This document shows, piece by piece, positions 22,572-34,849 of a stretch of 64,000 nt of DNA. The notes beneath the pieces are model-generated. The model saw nothing but the letters and a program-made list of their open reading frames with translations, made no database searches and was not told the DNA's origin. This DNA comes from Piedraia hortae CBS 480.64 (lineage: Eukaryota). The stretch covers positions 12,184 through 76,183 of the forward strand of contig MU006015.1 in the NCBI GenBank assembly GCA_010093745.1, written 5' to 3'. The stretch's first letter is position 1. Every line of letters starts with the position of its first letter. The position numbers and the translations under genes were made by a program.

Positions 22572-23735
22572 ATGAACGTGGACAAGATCAAGGTTAATGG
22601 TGACCCAAGGGTGAAGTATGCCTCCACCAAGGTGAATGGTCGGACCTGGTGTAAGCTTTCCTTTCCCATCATGGATCGATGTTTCTGATATAGTAGGTTA
22701 TCTCGACGCTCAACCGACATCTACACCAGCCCGTGGCACTATATTCCTTGTGCACGGCTGGCCAGATCTTTCCATAGCATGGCGTTATCAGATCCCTATG
22801 CTGCTGGACCTAAAATTTCGCTGCATAGCCCTAGATTGCACTGGATATGGTCGCACTGGTCCATCTGATAACCTGTCAGACTACGGCTTCAAGGCTCACG
22901 CCGATGCAATTGCAGGCATTGCTGCCGATATTGGGGCTCATCAAATTATTCTCGGCGGCCACGATTGGGGAGGCGCGGTGGTATACCGAGCAGCCCAGTG
23001 GTACCCCAAGCTTGTTTCCCACGTTTTCAGTGTGTGCACACCTTTTATGATTGCCCATGAACAATACATTGATCTAGAGTCAATCGTCAAAGGAGGCCTG
23101 ACGAACTTCGGTTATCAGTTTCAGCTGGGCAGTGAGGATCACAAGGTTGAAAACGTCGTTAACAATGAAGTGATGATGCGCAAGTTCTTCAAAGTAGTTT
23201 TTGGCGGACGACTTAGCAGTGGTAAGCCAGGCCTCACCCCGGAACACGGTCTGGATCTGGAGGCATTGAAGTCTGACGAAGTGTCAATGACGCCTCTGCT
23301 GAGCGAGGAGGTAACTTGTACGGAATGTATATCGGGATAACAGTTGACATTGGAATAGGAATTCGAATTTTATGTATCGGAATTCCTGCGTAACGGTCTC
23401 GAGGGACCATGCAACTGGTATCGCACACGCCGTCTCAATTTTGAGCAAGAAAAGCCCTTGCAAAACAAAGATCACGTTAGTCAGCCAACGTTGTTCATAC
23501 AGGCTCTACAGGATAACATCCTGACGCCCGAATTGAGCAAGGGCATGGTAAGCGTCCGCATATTAAGAGAAATAAATAATTGTTGACCAAGTCCTAGGAT
23601 GAAAGGATTCCCAACCTGACCAGAGGGGAGGTTCCTTCAAGCCATTGGGCCCTGTGGCAAACGGCCGCGCAAACAAACAATATTATCAATGAGTGGTTCC
23701 AGAATGTAGTTTTGGCCTCCAAACCAACCTTGTAG
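22572..23735 (+). CDS. Alpha/beta-fold epoxide hydrolase
   Basis: HGWP motif, GGHDWGG nucleophile elbow, NWYRTR and catalytic SHWAL; three introns; ends ASKPTL. Confidence 0.88.
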
Positions 23736-24001
23736 AAAGAGCTCGATATGAGTAGGACAACAAGAAGTGTCAACCGCGTCGTGTTGCTGCAATCTTACGT
23801 GTGAAGTTTACGCAGGTTCTGGAATATCAGAGATTGAAGTTTCACGTCGACACGGCGTGGCGAAAGGGCTGGCAAACATGTTTTATGTTTTGTCCGTCAA
23901 CGCTGAGTGATTTACCCTTACGTGTCGACATATACTTCTTAAGAAGCTCGATAAGACATTTTATCCAGGGGTTTCCGTCGTCATGGTGAACACAGCACCA
24001 T

Positions 24002-25792
24002 CTAGGCCTTGCCATCATGAAGGTTGTGAAGTGCAATGTCTTTGAAGTCTCGCGATTCGTGGCCTATACTCCCATGGTCAGTATAATCACCATTAGCTAG
24101 CGATGCAGAGTGTGTTTGACCGGCCAGATCTCGAGCGATAACTGTGCCATTGTCATCAACATCAACCCCATTGATAGCCATTTTGAGTTGCTCAGCATTA
24201 GCACCGCCATAAACGATGGCCTCCTTAGCTTTTTCCAGGCCCTTGGCCTTTCGGCTCTCACCTCGGATTCGTTCCAAATGTTCAAAGTACGCCTCGGGCA
24301 CCGGTGTCACATATTTACCAGTGAAAACCCCGACTTCGAAACTCTGAGTGTTTGGTTGCTTTCCGTCTGTGCCGGCATTGGCGCATGCCCATTGCAGATC
24401 TTCCAGAGTTTGGTAAATGACAGCATCCGCACCAATGTGTTTTGCGATATCATTGCATGTCCTGCCGTGTGCCACCAGTTCTGACGGAGAGGCAAGGTCG
24501 ATGCCATATATGTGGGCATTGGTGATTGGCGGCGCACAGCTGCTGAAGTATATCCTTTTGGCGCCTGCCTCCTTGGCCATATTGACAATCTCTCTCGAAG
24601 TTGTACCCCGAACGATGCTGTCATCCACAAGCAGCACATTCTTGTCCCGGAACTCATAGTCTATTGTATTCAGCTTCGCTCTGACGCTGCGTTCGCGAGA
24701 TTGTTGTGCGGGCATGATGAAAGTACGGAAAATGTATCTATTGCGAATAAAGGCTTGACACCATGGTTTTTTCAGCGCTGTGCTCACGGCTTGTGCCGAT
24801 GTGTTTGATGTTTCCGGAATGGGTATTACGGCATCAATATCCTGGAGCTCTTGAGGACTCAGCTGCTTCTTAATCGTTTCGGCCAAACGGACACCCATCT
24901 GCCTTCGTGCCTCTGAGACAAAGATCCCATCCATGACACTATCAGGCCGGGCGAAATAGACGTGTTCGAAGATGTCCGGCGCGTAGTTTAGCTGGGGACT
25001 GACTTGCTTGAACACGGGGGGCTTCCCGCGCTCAATAATGACCGCTTGGCCAGGAAGTATATCTTGGATCTGGCCATATCCAAAGCCTTTGAGGGCAACG
25101 GATTCGGAAGCCATCATATAATCTACTCCGTTTCCATCGCTCGACTTTCGCTGCCCGAGCACCATGGGACGGATCCCGTACGCGTCTCGGAAGCCGATGA
25201 GGCCGAAGCCTGCGATCATGGCGGTGCACGCCCAGGCACCTTGGCAGCGGGAGTACATGCGGCTTAATGCCGAAAAACAATCCTCAGCATTGACTCTTGC
25301 CTTGCCCGTCTCATTTAGCTCGTTGGCGAAGATATTGAGCATGAGTTCGCTGTCAGACTCGGTATTGATATGCCTATGCGCCGTTTGGTCCAAGTATGTC
25401 TTCAATTCCGGTGCATTGATCAGGTTGCCATTGTGGGTAAGGCATATTCCGTACGGGGAATTTACATAAAACGGCTGTGCTTCAGAGTTTGCCGACGAGC
25501 CCGCTGTGGGATATCGGAGGTGGCCTAGTCCCATGTAGCCTGGCAAGTCCGAAACTCGTCTTCCGTCGGCAAACACTGACGATGCTAAGCCATTGCCTTT
25601 ACACTGAAAGATTTTGCCACCGCGAGAACAGGTTGCAATGCCACATGCATCCTGGCCACGGTGTTGCAAGTAGTAGAGTGCTTGATGCAGTCTGGAACTG
25701 TTAGGCCATCAGGAGAGGATGCTGCAGACTTACTCTGGGGCAGCAAATCCTGTCTCACTCGAGGCAAGGATAACGGCTACAATTCCACACAT
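24002..25792 (-). CDS. ADE4: Amidophosphoribosyltransferase
   Basis: MCGI N-terminal nucleophile, [17 protein letters not shown] and PRPP motif [14 protein letters not shown]; one short intron near 25693-25734. Confidence 0.96.
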
Positions 25793-26355
25793 AATCTCTG
25801 GCGTATGAGTTAGCACATAACCACGACTGCGAAATGCGACGCAGGAGAATTTTTGATCAGAACAAACAAGCTCATCAAAGTCGCTAGACTCTGTAGTCTA
25901 ACATCTATTTTTTGTGCATATCATCAAGAAGAGTTGCTGGAATGGGGCCGAGTATACATACCTCCAAATTTGTTTTGGCGTTGAGGTGGAAGATAAAATT
26001 TCGACCCTATACCGAACAACCCACCGTGACACGTGCGCTAGTGGCGCTGTCAACTTTTTAAAATGGAACAAACGCGAATCGAAAAGTTCTGGTACACATC
26101 TCGACGTAAGCGGCGGCTTTGTGCCGAATATGTCGTTGTCATTAACAGGACCATCATCCTTTCATCAGAGACAAATTTGACCGGCGCTAATCGGACAAAC
26201 AAGCACACTGGCGCCGGCTGAGACGTCCAAAATGGCTTTCTGTGACAGTCTTTGACCAGCGGTAAGACGCTGCTTGCTGTTTGCGTTGCGATCTTATCAA
26301 ATGAGCACAAAATGGTTGCCCTGGAAGAGCGCATCATCAACGCCTTGAAAAGTAA

Positions 26356-28345
26356 ATGGCTATTGAAACATTCATTGACCTTGAAGACTCTTCCGACGAA
26401 GAGAGTATCAAGACCAGTGCTGTCAGCGTGAAGCATGACGTCGAACTTGAAGCCACTAGTGATGAGGAAAGTGTCAAGGCCGTCGTCAGCTCCAACAGCA
26501 TTGATCTCACGGAAGATGACAATAATGACGTCGAATTCCTCAGGATTGCAAGTCCTACAAGTCTCACTGATGATCGCATTGTCATCGGGTCACAGATTGA
26601 GTCGGTCGTCTCAAAACTGGGCATCCATTTGCAACCCGGCATGTGTGTGGAAATCGTCAGCGGAGAAGATGCCGGTGACTTCCTCCTGGTCACGGAAATC
26701 CGCTCAGGTAAAGGCAAGCACCCGATTCTTGTTCGTGGCTTTCTAGCTCGCCGTACACGACGGATAAACAATATGCTAGCCAAGCGAATGAATGAGCTTT
26801 GCCTAATCGAGAAGAAAGAAATTCACCATGTGGGGTGGGAACCCGTGGACAAGTCTCTCGTTGCTGTTCCACTGGACCGAATTGGGCCCCAACGGCAGTT
26901 CATCCTCACTCATGAAGACTTTCCCGTGCATAGCTTCCGCGAGACACCAAGTTTTTACAACGGCGACTGTACAGACAAAGAGATATACGACAATGGCGTG
27001 CTGGTGTGTCGGTGGAGGCATGTTGTGTATACCGATGCAAGCTGCGTCAGTACTAAGTTGGAGGTCAAGGAAGAAGCCCTGATTCGAATCTCGCCTGGCG
27101 ATTGTATTGCTGGATTCACCAGCCAGAGGAGTGGCCATGACGCTAGGGAAAGCCACCGAGGTACACCGAATGATGAAGCCGACAAACAGGGGCATAGTGA
27201 CCAGGAATCAATAATTACCCCCACCGCGCTTCCAAGCTGCGTCAAGAGGAAGAAACTCGACAGCTCGAGCGGACATTGTCCCAAGAGAAGCCGCACCGGC
27301 GCTGATTCTTTCTCGGGTGGATCATATACCTCGAATAACGAGACTGATATCGAACACTATACTTATGGCGACATTTGTGCGGGGGCTGGTGGCACGGCGA
27401 GCGGTGCTGCTCAGGCAGGCCTAACCATGAAATTTCTGCTAGATCACTGGCAGGTGGCTTGCGACACGTTACAGTCCAACTTTGGCCCCTCTTCCGTCTA
27501 CAAAGCGAAGATTCTGAATACGGACATCTTCAGCTTCTGTATCGGCCCTGGCAGCGAGGACTATCGGGTTGACATCCTTCACATTTCTTTCCCGTGCCAA
27601 ACGCACTCTCCAGCACACACAACGAAAGGAAAGAATGATTCTGCAAACACAGCGTGCGGATACTCTGTTGGGCCGATTCTTGAAAAATGCTCGCCTCGTG
27701 TGGTGACTCTTGAGCAGACTTCGGGGATCATAACCCATCGCGAGGGATGGCATTTCCGGGCCCTTATTCATCAACTAACCGTTGCCGGATACAGCGTTCG
27801 ATGGCAGATAATCAACATGGCCGAGTATGGCGGACCGCAGGCACGAAAGCGTCTGATTATCATTGCATCTGCGTAAGTCATTCCAGGAACTTGATTAGCA
27901 CCGCTAAACCAATAATAGGCCTGGCGAGACCCTCCCCAGATTCCCGTTTCCAACGCATGGCAAAGCACGTCGCCTCAAGCCTTTTACGACAATTCAAGAC
28001 TGCTTGTCTCTTGCACCGCTCAATGACGACAATGACATGCTTCAATTCACAGCCAAACCCCTCTCGAGGGCGTACAACGCAAATACTGCGTTGTCGCAAG
28101 CAATCACCTGCGACGGGGGCGCAGGTGACAAGCATCCCTCTGGAGGACGCTCTTTCAACCTTCGCGAGTTGGCACTCCTTCAGACATTCCCGCCCGAACA
28201 CAAGTTCGCCGGTCGCACAAAAACCACCATACGGAAACTTATTGGTAACGCTGTTCCCTGCTGCTTTGCGACGACGCTATTTGCGTCCATTGCTAAAGCT
28301 TTGAGACTGGCTGATGGGGGAAGAGATGTTGTTGTAGTTGATTAG
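26356..28345 (+). CDS. rid: C5 cytosine DNA methyltransferase of the RID/Masc1 family
   Basis: Motif I GDICAGAGG, IV SFPCQ, VI EQT (RID/Masc1 signature instead of ENV), VIII QARKRL, IX RELALLQTFP, X IGNAVP; intron 27873-27918. Confidence 0.88.
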
Positions 28346-28914
28346 AAGGGATTGACTCGTTACATATCCGTGGTACAATTTTATTGCATGTTGAGGGTAA
28401 CAACAATGCCAACCTTTGGGCAGATACAACAGAAGAATAAGACAGTCGCGCGGTGTATCTTGACAAAGGTCGGATCGGGGCGTTCACCGTACAGCTAAGG
28501 TAGCTGATATTGATCTTACGGCGCACCGGTTCAGCATACCTATACATGCTAAATGTACAGAAAGTCCCTCTTGAGAAACACAGAGGTCGTTCAAGTGCAA
28601 GTCCTGGGGAAACAAAAGGGCAGCTCTGAGTAGCAAAATTCCCTGTGCGCGTCCCATGGTGTGCAGGTCACCAGCCTCTTCGCGGGGGTCAGATACCTTA
28701 CCCATCTGAGCTAGGTAAGACTACATCTCAAGACATCGCCTCCTTCGCCATGTACACACGCAAACAGACCTCGAGTCCCACACATACACCAATTGCGCCC
28801 CAGGAGCGAACATCCACAACGCCAACCAAAGCTATGTCCGATGGGGATATTATCAAGAGTCTGCTGGTGAAGACCACGCTTGATGGCTACCGTCTCTCAT
28901 CCAATTGTGTCGGG

Positions 28915-30023
28915 TCATATCAAACCACACATTCGAAGGTTCTCCTGGATTATGATATCATTGACGGCGGCCATTACAAAACGAATCTGCATCGTGTCTG
29001 TTGCGCAAGTGAAATGCGTGTAAATCTGCTTTGTGGGATGCTGATTGAGACTGGGAATGCGGTTAGCACTGCTATATCACATTTAGGTAGAACATACGAT
29101 ACGAAGCGATTCAGTATGTAGTCACAGGCTGCGTTGTAATCATCGCCGCCATCGTATTCAGGGAAAAAGTTTTTCATGGGCGACAAGGGCAACTTCTCCT
29201 TGAAACGGTCAATCTTGTTCAGGAACAGAATGATGCTTGTCTTGGTAAACCAGCGGCTGTTGCAAATGGAGTCAAACAGCGTCAGCGCCTCCTGCATGCG
29301 ATTTACCGTCTCGTCCTCAAACAGGAGCTGATCATACTCTGATATCGCCACGAGAAAGAGAATGGTCGTGACGTTTTCAAAGCAGTGGATCCACTTCTTC
29401 CGCTCCGACCGCTGGCCACCCACATCAAACATGCGGTAAATTAGCTCACCGATAAAGAAGGTTGTTTCTGTAATTCCCGTCGTCTTAACGCGAGACCGCA
29501 ACACGTCTTGGTCTGAGGGAATATACGTGGGTGAGGCAATGGTGTCGATGCTGTCAAAGTAGTACTTTGCGCTGTCATTTAGCTGGTACTCCCGGCTGCG
29601 CTGGAAGGCCGCCTGTACTCCAGCATCGGCCCACAACGTTTTGATGGCCTGTCCGACCTCGGCGGGCAGAACGTCGCCCTCAATCTGCGCCGGCTGCATG
29701 AAGATCATTTGCACGTGATACTCGGCCTGCTGGTCCTCTAACGGAATCTCAAGACTTTCCATGGCTTCTAGAATGACGCGCATCGATTGCACAGTATTGG
29801 AAAAGATGATTTCGCGGAAACTCTCTCGCTCGTCGCGAGAGTAGCCGCCTTCGTGTATGAGCTTCATCTGCTTGAGGATGGTAGATTTGCCAGATTCACC
29901 AGCGCCGAGCAACAGCATTTTGATCTCGTTCCGCTGGTTCATCTTGTCCCTCTTTAGCTGATTCTCAATCTCTTCATTCCGTTGCTTCCCCTCCTTGGAC
30001 TCGGAGCTCTGTCCACAACCCAT
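28915..30023 (-). CDS. Heterotrimeric G protein alpha subunit, fungal group I (FadA/GNA-1/MagB type)
   Basis: MGCGQS acylation motif, [26 protein letters not shown]; one late intron, then [12 protein letters not shown]. Confidence 0.96.
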
Positions 30024-31735
30024 TGCGACAACGACTGGCGGCGCTGAGAGCCGACGGAAGGGCTATTATAGATAATACAAGGCCTGAAACGGTCAGCACA
30101 ATGTGCTGGAGCACTGTAGCAAGTGCGGCGTCCGTGGAGACGTAGCGAATATAGGACTTACCTTGCTGCAGGCCCAGTTGCGCACCTCTCCTACCGACAT
30201 GCGGCGGTGGGCAGCAAAGGGAGGAGAGGGCTTGTTCGAGGGCGTGGCAGACAGTCTGTGACAAGGAACGGCGCACAGTGGGCAGCGAGAGACAGCGAGT
30301 GGCAGGCTGTTGACAGGTAGGATTGGGAAGGAGCAACTCTGGTATTTCGGCAAGGGTTGAGCGGGTCCAGGGACGGGTGCGGCCGACTCCCGAACACCAA
30401 TCAGAAGCCGCCGCGGGTGCGGGCCGGATGCTGCCTAAATCCAGCACTTGCGACTGGCGGTCACCGGCGGCGGTGCGTTGGCCAATAGCGAAGGCGTGTA
30501 GCAAAATCTTATTGCACTCGCCTTATGCGCAACAAGTCGCCGCTTTTGCAGAGGAAGAATAGTCCACTGTCGCGGGGCGGATGGCTAAGTGCGTATTTTT
30601 AGGCCCTGGAGCACTCCTAATGTGAGCGGGAACGTGCCACCAACTGCTGACTTTAACTAACCTCCCTTCCGAGCCCGTGCCCCTGATCACGTCGTTGGCG
30701 TGGTCTGATTCGGCGTGGCCACGACGTGTTGCCAGATGGGGCCGGACATGGCCTGACGTTGGCCCCATGGGTTGGCCCGTGTAACAGACACTTGGACCCA
30801 CCACCATCATCCATCCCACGGGGTTCTTCTGAACGCACATTGGCTCATGCTTCGGTCCGTACACGCACCTGCCGATAACCTTCAGAAAATCTGTTCTGGA
30901 AACCGCCCTCCTCCCTCCCCTTGTCGTGGCGTAGAATTTACCCAGCAACTGGCAGCTGTTCGTGTTGCGCTTGTGGCGCTGGGGCGGCGGGGCTGTCCAC
31001 CTGTGTGCCAGCCCCGCTGTAACAGAAACGCTCCTGTAAACTTTTGAGGGCCAACGGTGGCACGAATGCGAGCTGGTGGCTTTTCGCTTAGCATGTGGAT
31101 GCGCCTCATGCACTCCTTCCGCTGGTCGGGTTGTCCCTTGCGTGCTTGTCCCTCTCGTTCGCATGACCAGTGAACCGTCCGTACAGCAGGACCCACCACA
31201 TATATCTACCAATATGTATCTTACCTGGAGCTATTCACGTATTTACTTTTACACGAGCATCTGCCGGTCGTGCGGCGGCATTCCTCATCTAGCCTGGGTA
31301 CTCGTGTTAATCTACAGATCTCGGCTGAGGAGGTGAATGAATGAATGAATAAGGGGTATCATGAAATCGCAAGCTTTCTTGCTTCTGGGAAGATCCCAGC
31401 AACAGTCAAAGATATCGGAACATGTAGAACAAACTAACGGTATATCAACTAAATCGTTTGAATCACCGTTAGTTAGCCGAATCTGAGGCTCATATTTCGC
31501 AGTGTAGCATAACTGGCCTCTCGTTCGATCAAGATGAAATCTCTGACGTGACGAAGTGAAACTTCTCATACGAAAATGTGGACCAAGCCCACAAGCAGAT
31601 AACAAGACCAGAGAAAAAGAACTTTGTGATGCATAGTTACGCAAGATGATAACTCAAAGAAGGCAGTTAAGAAATGTTCCTGACGCAGAAAAAAAAACAA
31701 GTTTTTCAGCATTCCTCCAATTGCCGCTTTTGCAG

Positions 31736-34075
31736 CTACATCATCATGAGCTTCGTTGTTCTTCGCTCGGCTGAGAGTGATTTAGATTCTGATGAGAGTA
31801 GCGTATGTGGATCGGTCGCGTTTGCGCGACCTCGCAACGCTGCCAGGGCATGCCACTCACAGTATACTGCCCCAGTTAGTTCGAAATAATCCTCGGATAG
31901 CACGACACCGCAATCGTGGCAGGTAAAGCACTGCGGATGGTACTTTTTGTCAACCATTCCAGCCGCGCTGGAGCTGCTGGTCTCCAGATATTGGCCCTCG
32001 ATTCCACGATTACAGCCTTGGCACAGTGAACCATTTTTTTCGTGATAGTGCTGCTCACAGTAGGGAAGGTTGTCCAAGACGTAAAAATCGGCTGTGCTGA
32101 ACGGCCGTGAACACGATTGACAACAGAAACACCCCTTATGCCATCGACCTGTGAGGACCCCGTCGGCAGCCTTTATGGACTTCCCAGTTATTTTTTCTCC
32201 ACAAGCCCGGCATGAGGGCCGAACGCTTGCACTCCTTTGGGACAACGCTGAAGGAGTTCGGGGGGGCAAGACCGCGTGAGGCGTTTGGGAACATGATGGT
32301 GGTTTTGGAAAGACCAGATCAATGTCCTGCGGGCTATGAGGCCGATAATGGAGACCGGCTGACTTCAATCGGCTGGGAATGTTTTGAAGTGGTGGCGGCA
32401 CCATGTCCTGGTAAGGAGCAGCTTCCGCGGACCGAGATGTCGTGATTGACAGAGGTGCAATTTGCAATGCACTGGGCACTACCCCATCCTGATTCACGTT
32501 TGATGGACGTGGGCATGTCCAATAATCTTGAACGTGTATAGTATCTGGCAGTAATTCAAGTGTCGAGTCAAATGCCATTGGCATTTTAGTGCTGTTGGAC
32601 TGGGTCGGCAGCGCTGGGGGTGGTCGGGGATATGGCTTTGCTGCTTTTCTTCTCGACGGTTGCTCAGCACGTATGCCGGGCTTCTCAGACGATCCTTTCG
32701 CAGCCAGAGCAGGAACATGGACACAGCGATCATCGGAGAGCTGATGCCAGGTGTGGTTCGCAAATTGTAGAGCATCATCATTGCTACCGGCGCTCCCAGT
32801 GGGGCTTGGGCCATAACTTGTGCTGCTATTGCCCATTGACGGCACAGAAGAATGAACAGATGATCCGGACCCCGTTGAAGAGTGCCGTTCGTCCTGTCTG
32901 GGGGCAGGCATTCGACTCGCACTATGCAGGCAGTTTGGGCCATTCCTAGTATCAAGAGGAGCGATCGGTGGCTCTAACTTCAAAGCCGTGTTCGCGCGCT
33001 CTTGGGAGTTTGCAAAGAGCCGGGGGCCTGGCCATCGGCCTTGCTGTGAACGGAGCGTCCCTATTGCTACGTCATTCTTATAAGTAGCGGGTTGTAAATG
33101 ACTTGTGGTAGAATGACTTGTGCTGGGCCGCCGGGCCTGGGACAATTGACCATACAGAGCGGATGGGGGTAAAGGCTCGGTAGGTATAGGAGGTGGTGCA
33201 TTGCGGGCTTTGAGGTTTGGAAGACTGGGCCGCCGTAAACTAGCGGCTCTGTCTTCTCTGGGTTGGGGTTTGGCTGGTTGTGCATTGTCCTGTGAACGAG
33301 ACTGCTGGGTGATTGTAGACTGGGGAATTGGCTCCGTAGGTATTGACGGGGGCTGCCGGCTGAAGTTGATGCTGGGCAAGCTCGGCCGTCGTTGATTCAT
33401 TGGCGGATTTTGCATCCGCGAGGTCTGGACATGTGTATGTCCGTGATCGGCCCGTCTGCTGGGCGGTCTTGAGTTACCACGGGATGGCGCCCGCTCCGAG
33501 GGGGTCCGAGGGAAACGGCCGCTGCTGGCGCTGGAACCACCGCCTGTGCTTATGCCCGGTGTGGGAAAGGGTGGAAAGGCGCAATCCAAGTTGGGGGTGA
33601 AGCCCGTGTCTTCGTGTCCCACGTCGAGCCCTCTGAATGTAGAATCCGTGGCAGTTCTTAATGGCAAAGGTCTACTGTTGGAACGAAGGCTGGAAACAGG
33701 GAAAACCGATTGAGACTGCTGGGATATGGGCGTTGGTGTGGGCAGCCCATTGTTATTGTGGCCGTCTTTTAAGCCAGCTGGCACCATTGCAGTAACGGAT
33801 GGATGATTGCTTGCACCTGGGACCGACTTGTAAGTGCGGGGCGGAGGCGGTTGTTGGATACGCGGCACCAGGAAGGTGCTGTTCTTGCCCGGAGGAATAT
33901 GGGCCCCGTGGGATTGCTGCGGGAGAAAGCTCGCTGGCTGTGACTTGGAAGGGGGCGCGCAAATGTGGTCGCCCATTGCCGCAATCTCGATCTCATTGCC
34001 ACAGGTAGAACACTTGATACTGGGCAAAAAGCTCACCGGACGCACGCCAGCGGCCATGGCTGTGGTGGACGGCAT
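31736..34075 (-). CDS. LIM-domain protein (paxillin-like) with an N-terminal CxxC...HxC motif
   Basis: FLPSIKCSTCGNEIEIAAMGDHIC, long Pro/Ser-rich linker, two C-terminal LIM domains (CRACGEKI...WHKGCFCC; CQGCNRGIEG...YHPQCFTC), ending AERRTTKLMMM. Confidence 0.88.
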   Translation of the reverse strand: MPSTTAMAAGVRPVSFLPSIKCSTCGNEIEIAAMGDHICAPPSKSQPASFLPQQSHGAHIPPGKNSTFLVPRIQQPPPPRTYKSVPGASNHPSVTAMVPAGLKDGHNNNGLPTPTPISQQSQSVFPVSSLRSNSRPLPLRTATDSTFRGLDVGHEDTGFTPNLDCAFPPFPTPGISTGGGSSASSGRFPRTPSERAPSRGNSRPPSRRADHGHTHVQTSRMQNPPMNQRRPSLPSINFSRQPPSIPTEPIPQSTITQQSRSQDNAQPAKPQPREDRAASLRRPSLPNLKARNAPPPIPTEPLPPSALYGQLSQARRPSTSHSTTSHLQPATYKNDVAIGTLRSQQGRWPGPRLFANSQERANTALKLEPPIAPLDTRNGPNCLHSASRMPAPRQDERHSSTGSGSSVHSSVPSMGNSSTSYGPSPTGSAGSNDDALQFANHTWHQLSDDRCVHVPALAAKGSSEKPGIRAEQPSRRKAAKPYPRPPPALPTQSNSTKMPMAFDSTLELLPDTIHVQDYWTCPRPSNVNQDGVVPSALQIAPLSITTSRSAEAAPYQDMVPPPLQNIPSRLKSAGLHYRPHSPQDIDLVFPKPPSCSQTPHAVLPPRTPSALSQRSASVRPSCRACGEKITGKSIKAADGVLTGRWHKGCFCCQSCSRPFSTADFYVLDNLPYCEQHYHEKNGSLCQGCNRGIEGQYLETSSSSAAGMVDKKYHPQCFTCHDCGVVLSEDYFELTGAVYCEWHALAALRGRANATDPHTLLSSESKSLSAERRTTKLMMM

Positions 34076-34608
34076 GCTGCTCGACCCAAACTTGATGGAG
34101 GGATCCGCGAAAGCTGTTGGCGCTCTTCCACGTGCAGGTAGTACAAGAGCTGGGCGACCCAGGCTAGCCGCAACTGCGACAGCGAGTGCAACGCTCCACG
34201 TCAAGACAGACGCAAGACAGACGCAAGACAGACCGAGGCAGCAGGGCACAAAAAGGATCCCGAGTCGTGTGCGCCCGAGAACTCTTCGGCGATTAATCGA
34301 CAAGACAAGGCGCTCGGCCCATGTGCACGCCCCCTGGCGCGGTCTGTCAATGACTCCTGCCCGCTATGTTGGACTACATGAGCCCGGAAAAGAAATTACT
34401 CAATCGTTCTCGCCTGTACGGTGCGCTCTCCTGAGCATGTCCCGATGGCGGCTGATCTTCCGCCATTGCATGCATTCCTCGTAACCAACGGGAAGTGAAT
34501 GCAAGGGCTTTGCCCAGAGGCGTCGCCCCGCCTGTGCCGTGTCCCGTCAGTAGATTGGCTCGACGATGAATTAGTGTCAGCTATATTAGCCGCTGGTTAT
34601 GATTATCC

Positions 34609-34849
34609 CTGTAGATCAACGGCGAACGTTGTGTGGTTAGCGAGCTCAGCCAGGGACCCAACCACTGTGGACCAGTCGTTGTGGCCGCACACGGGACGTG
34701 CCGTCGAGGGAGATCCCCAAAGAAGCAGCCATCCTCGACCGACAACCTCGTCAAGGCCGTGCGTCTCTCGATCGTGAAAGAATACCCTTGACTTGGCCGT
34801 GTTCCCTGCCACAGGACTATGCAGTTCATCTGGCTGAGCTTTCCATTAC
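34609..34849 (-). other. Putative highly structured 5'-leader intron or ncRNA
   Basis: Minus-strand GTAATG (34849), GCTAAC (34641-34636) and TACAG (ending 34609) enclose five mutually compatible inverted-repeat pairs. Confidence 0.4.

Noticed and set aside
30523..31212. 229-aa minus-strand ORF upstream of the group I G-alpha
   Set aside because: Composition looks non-coding and it has no motifs; probably GC-rich promoter or leader DNA.
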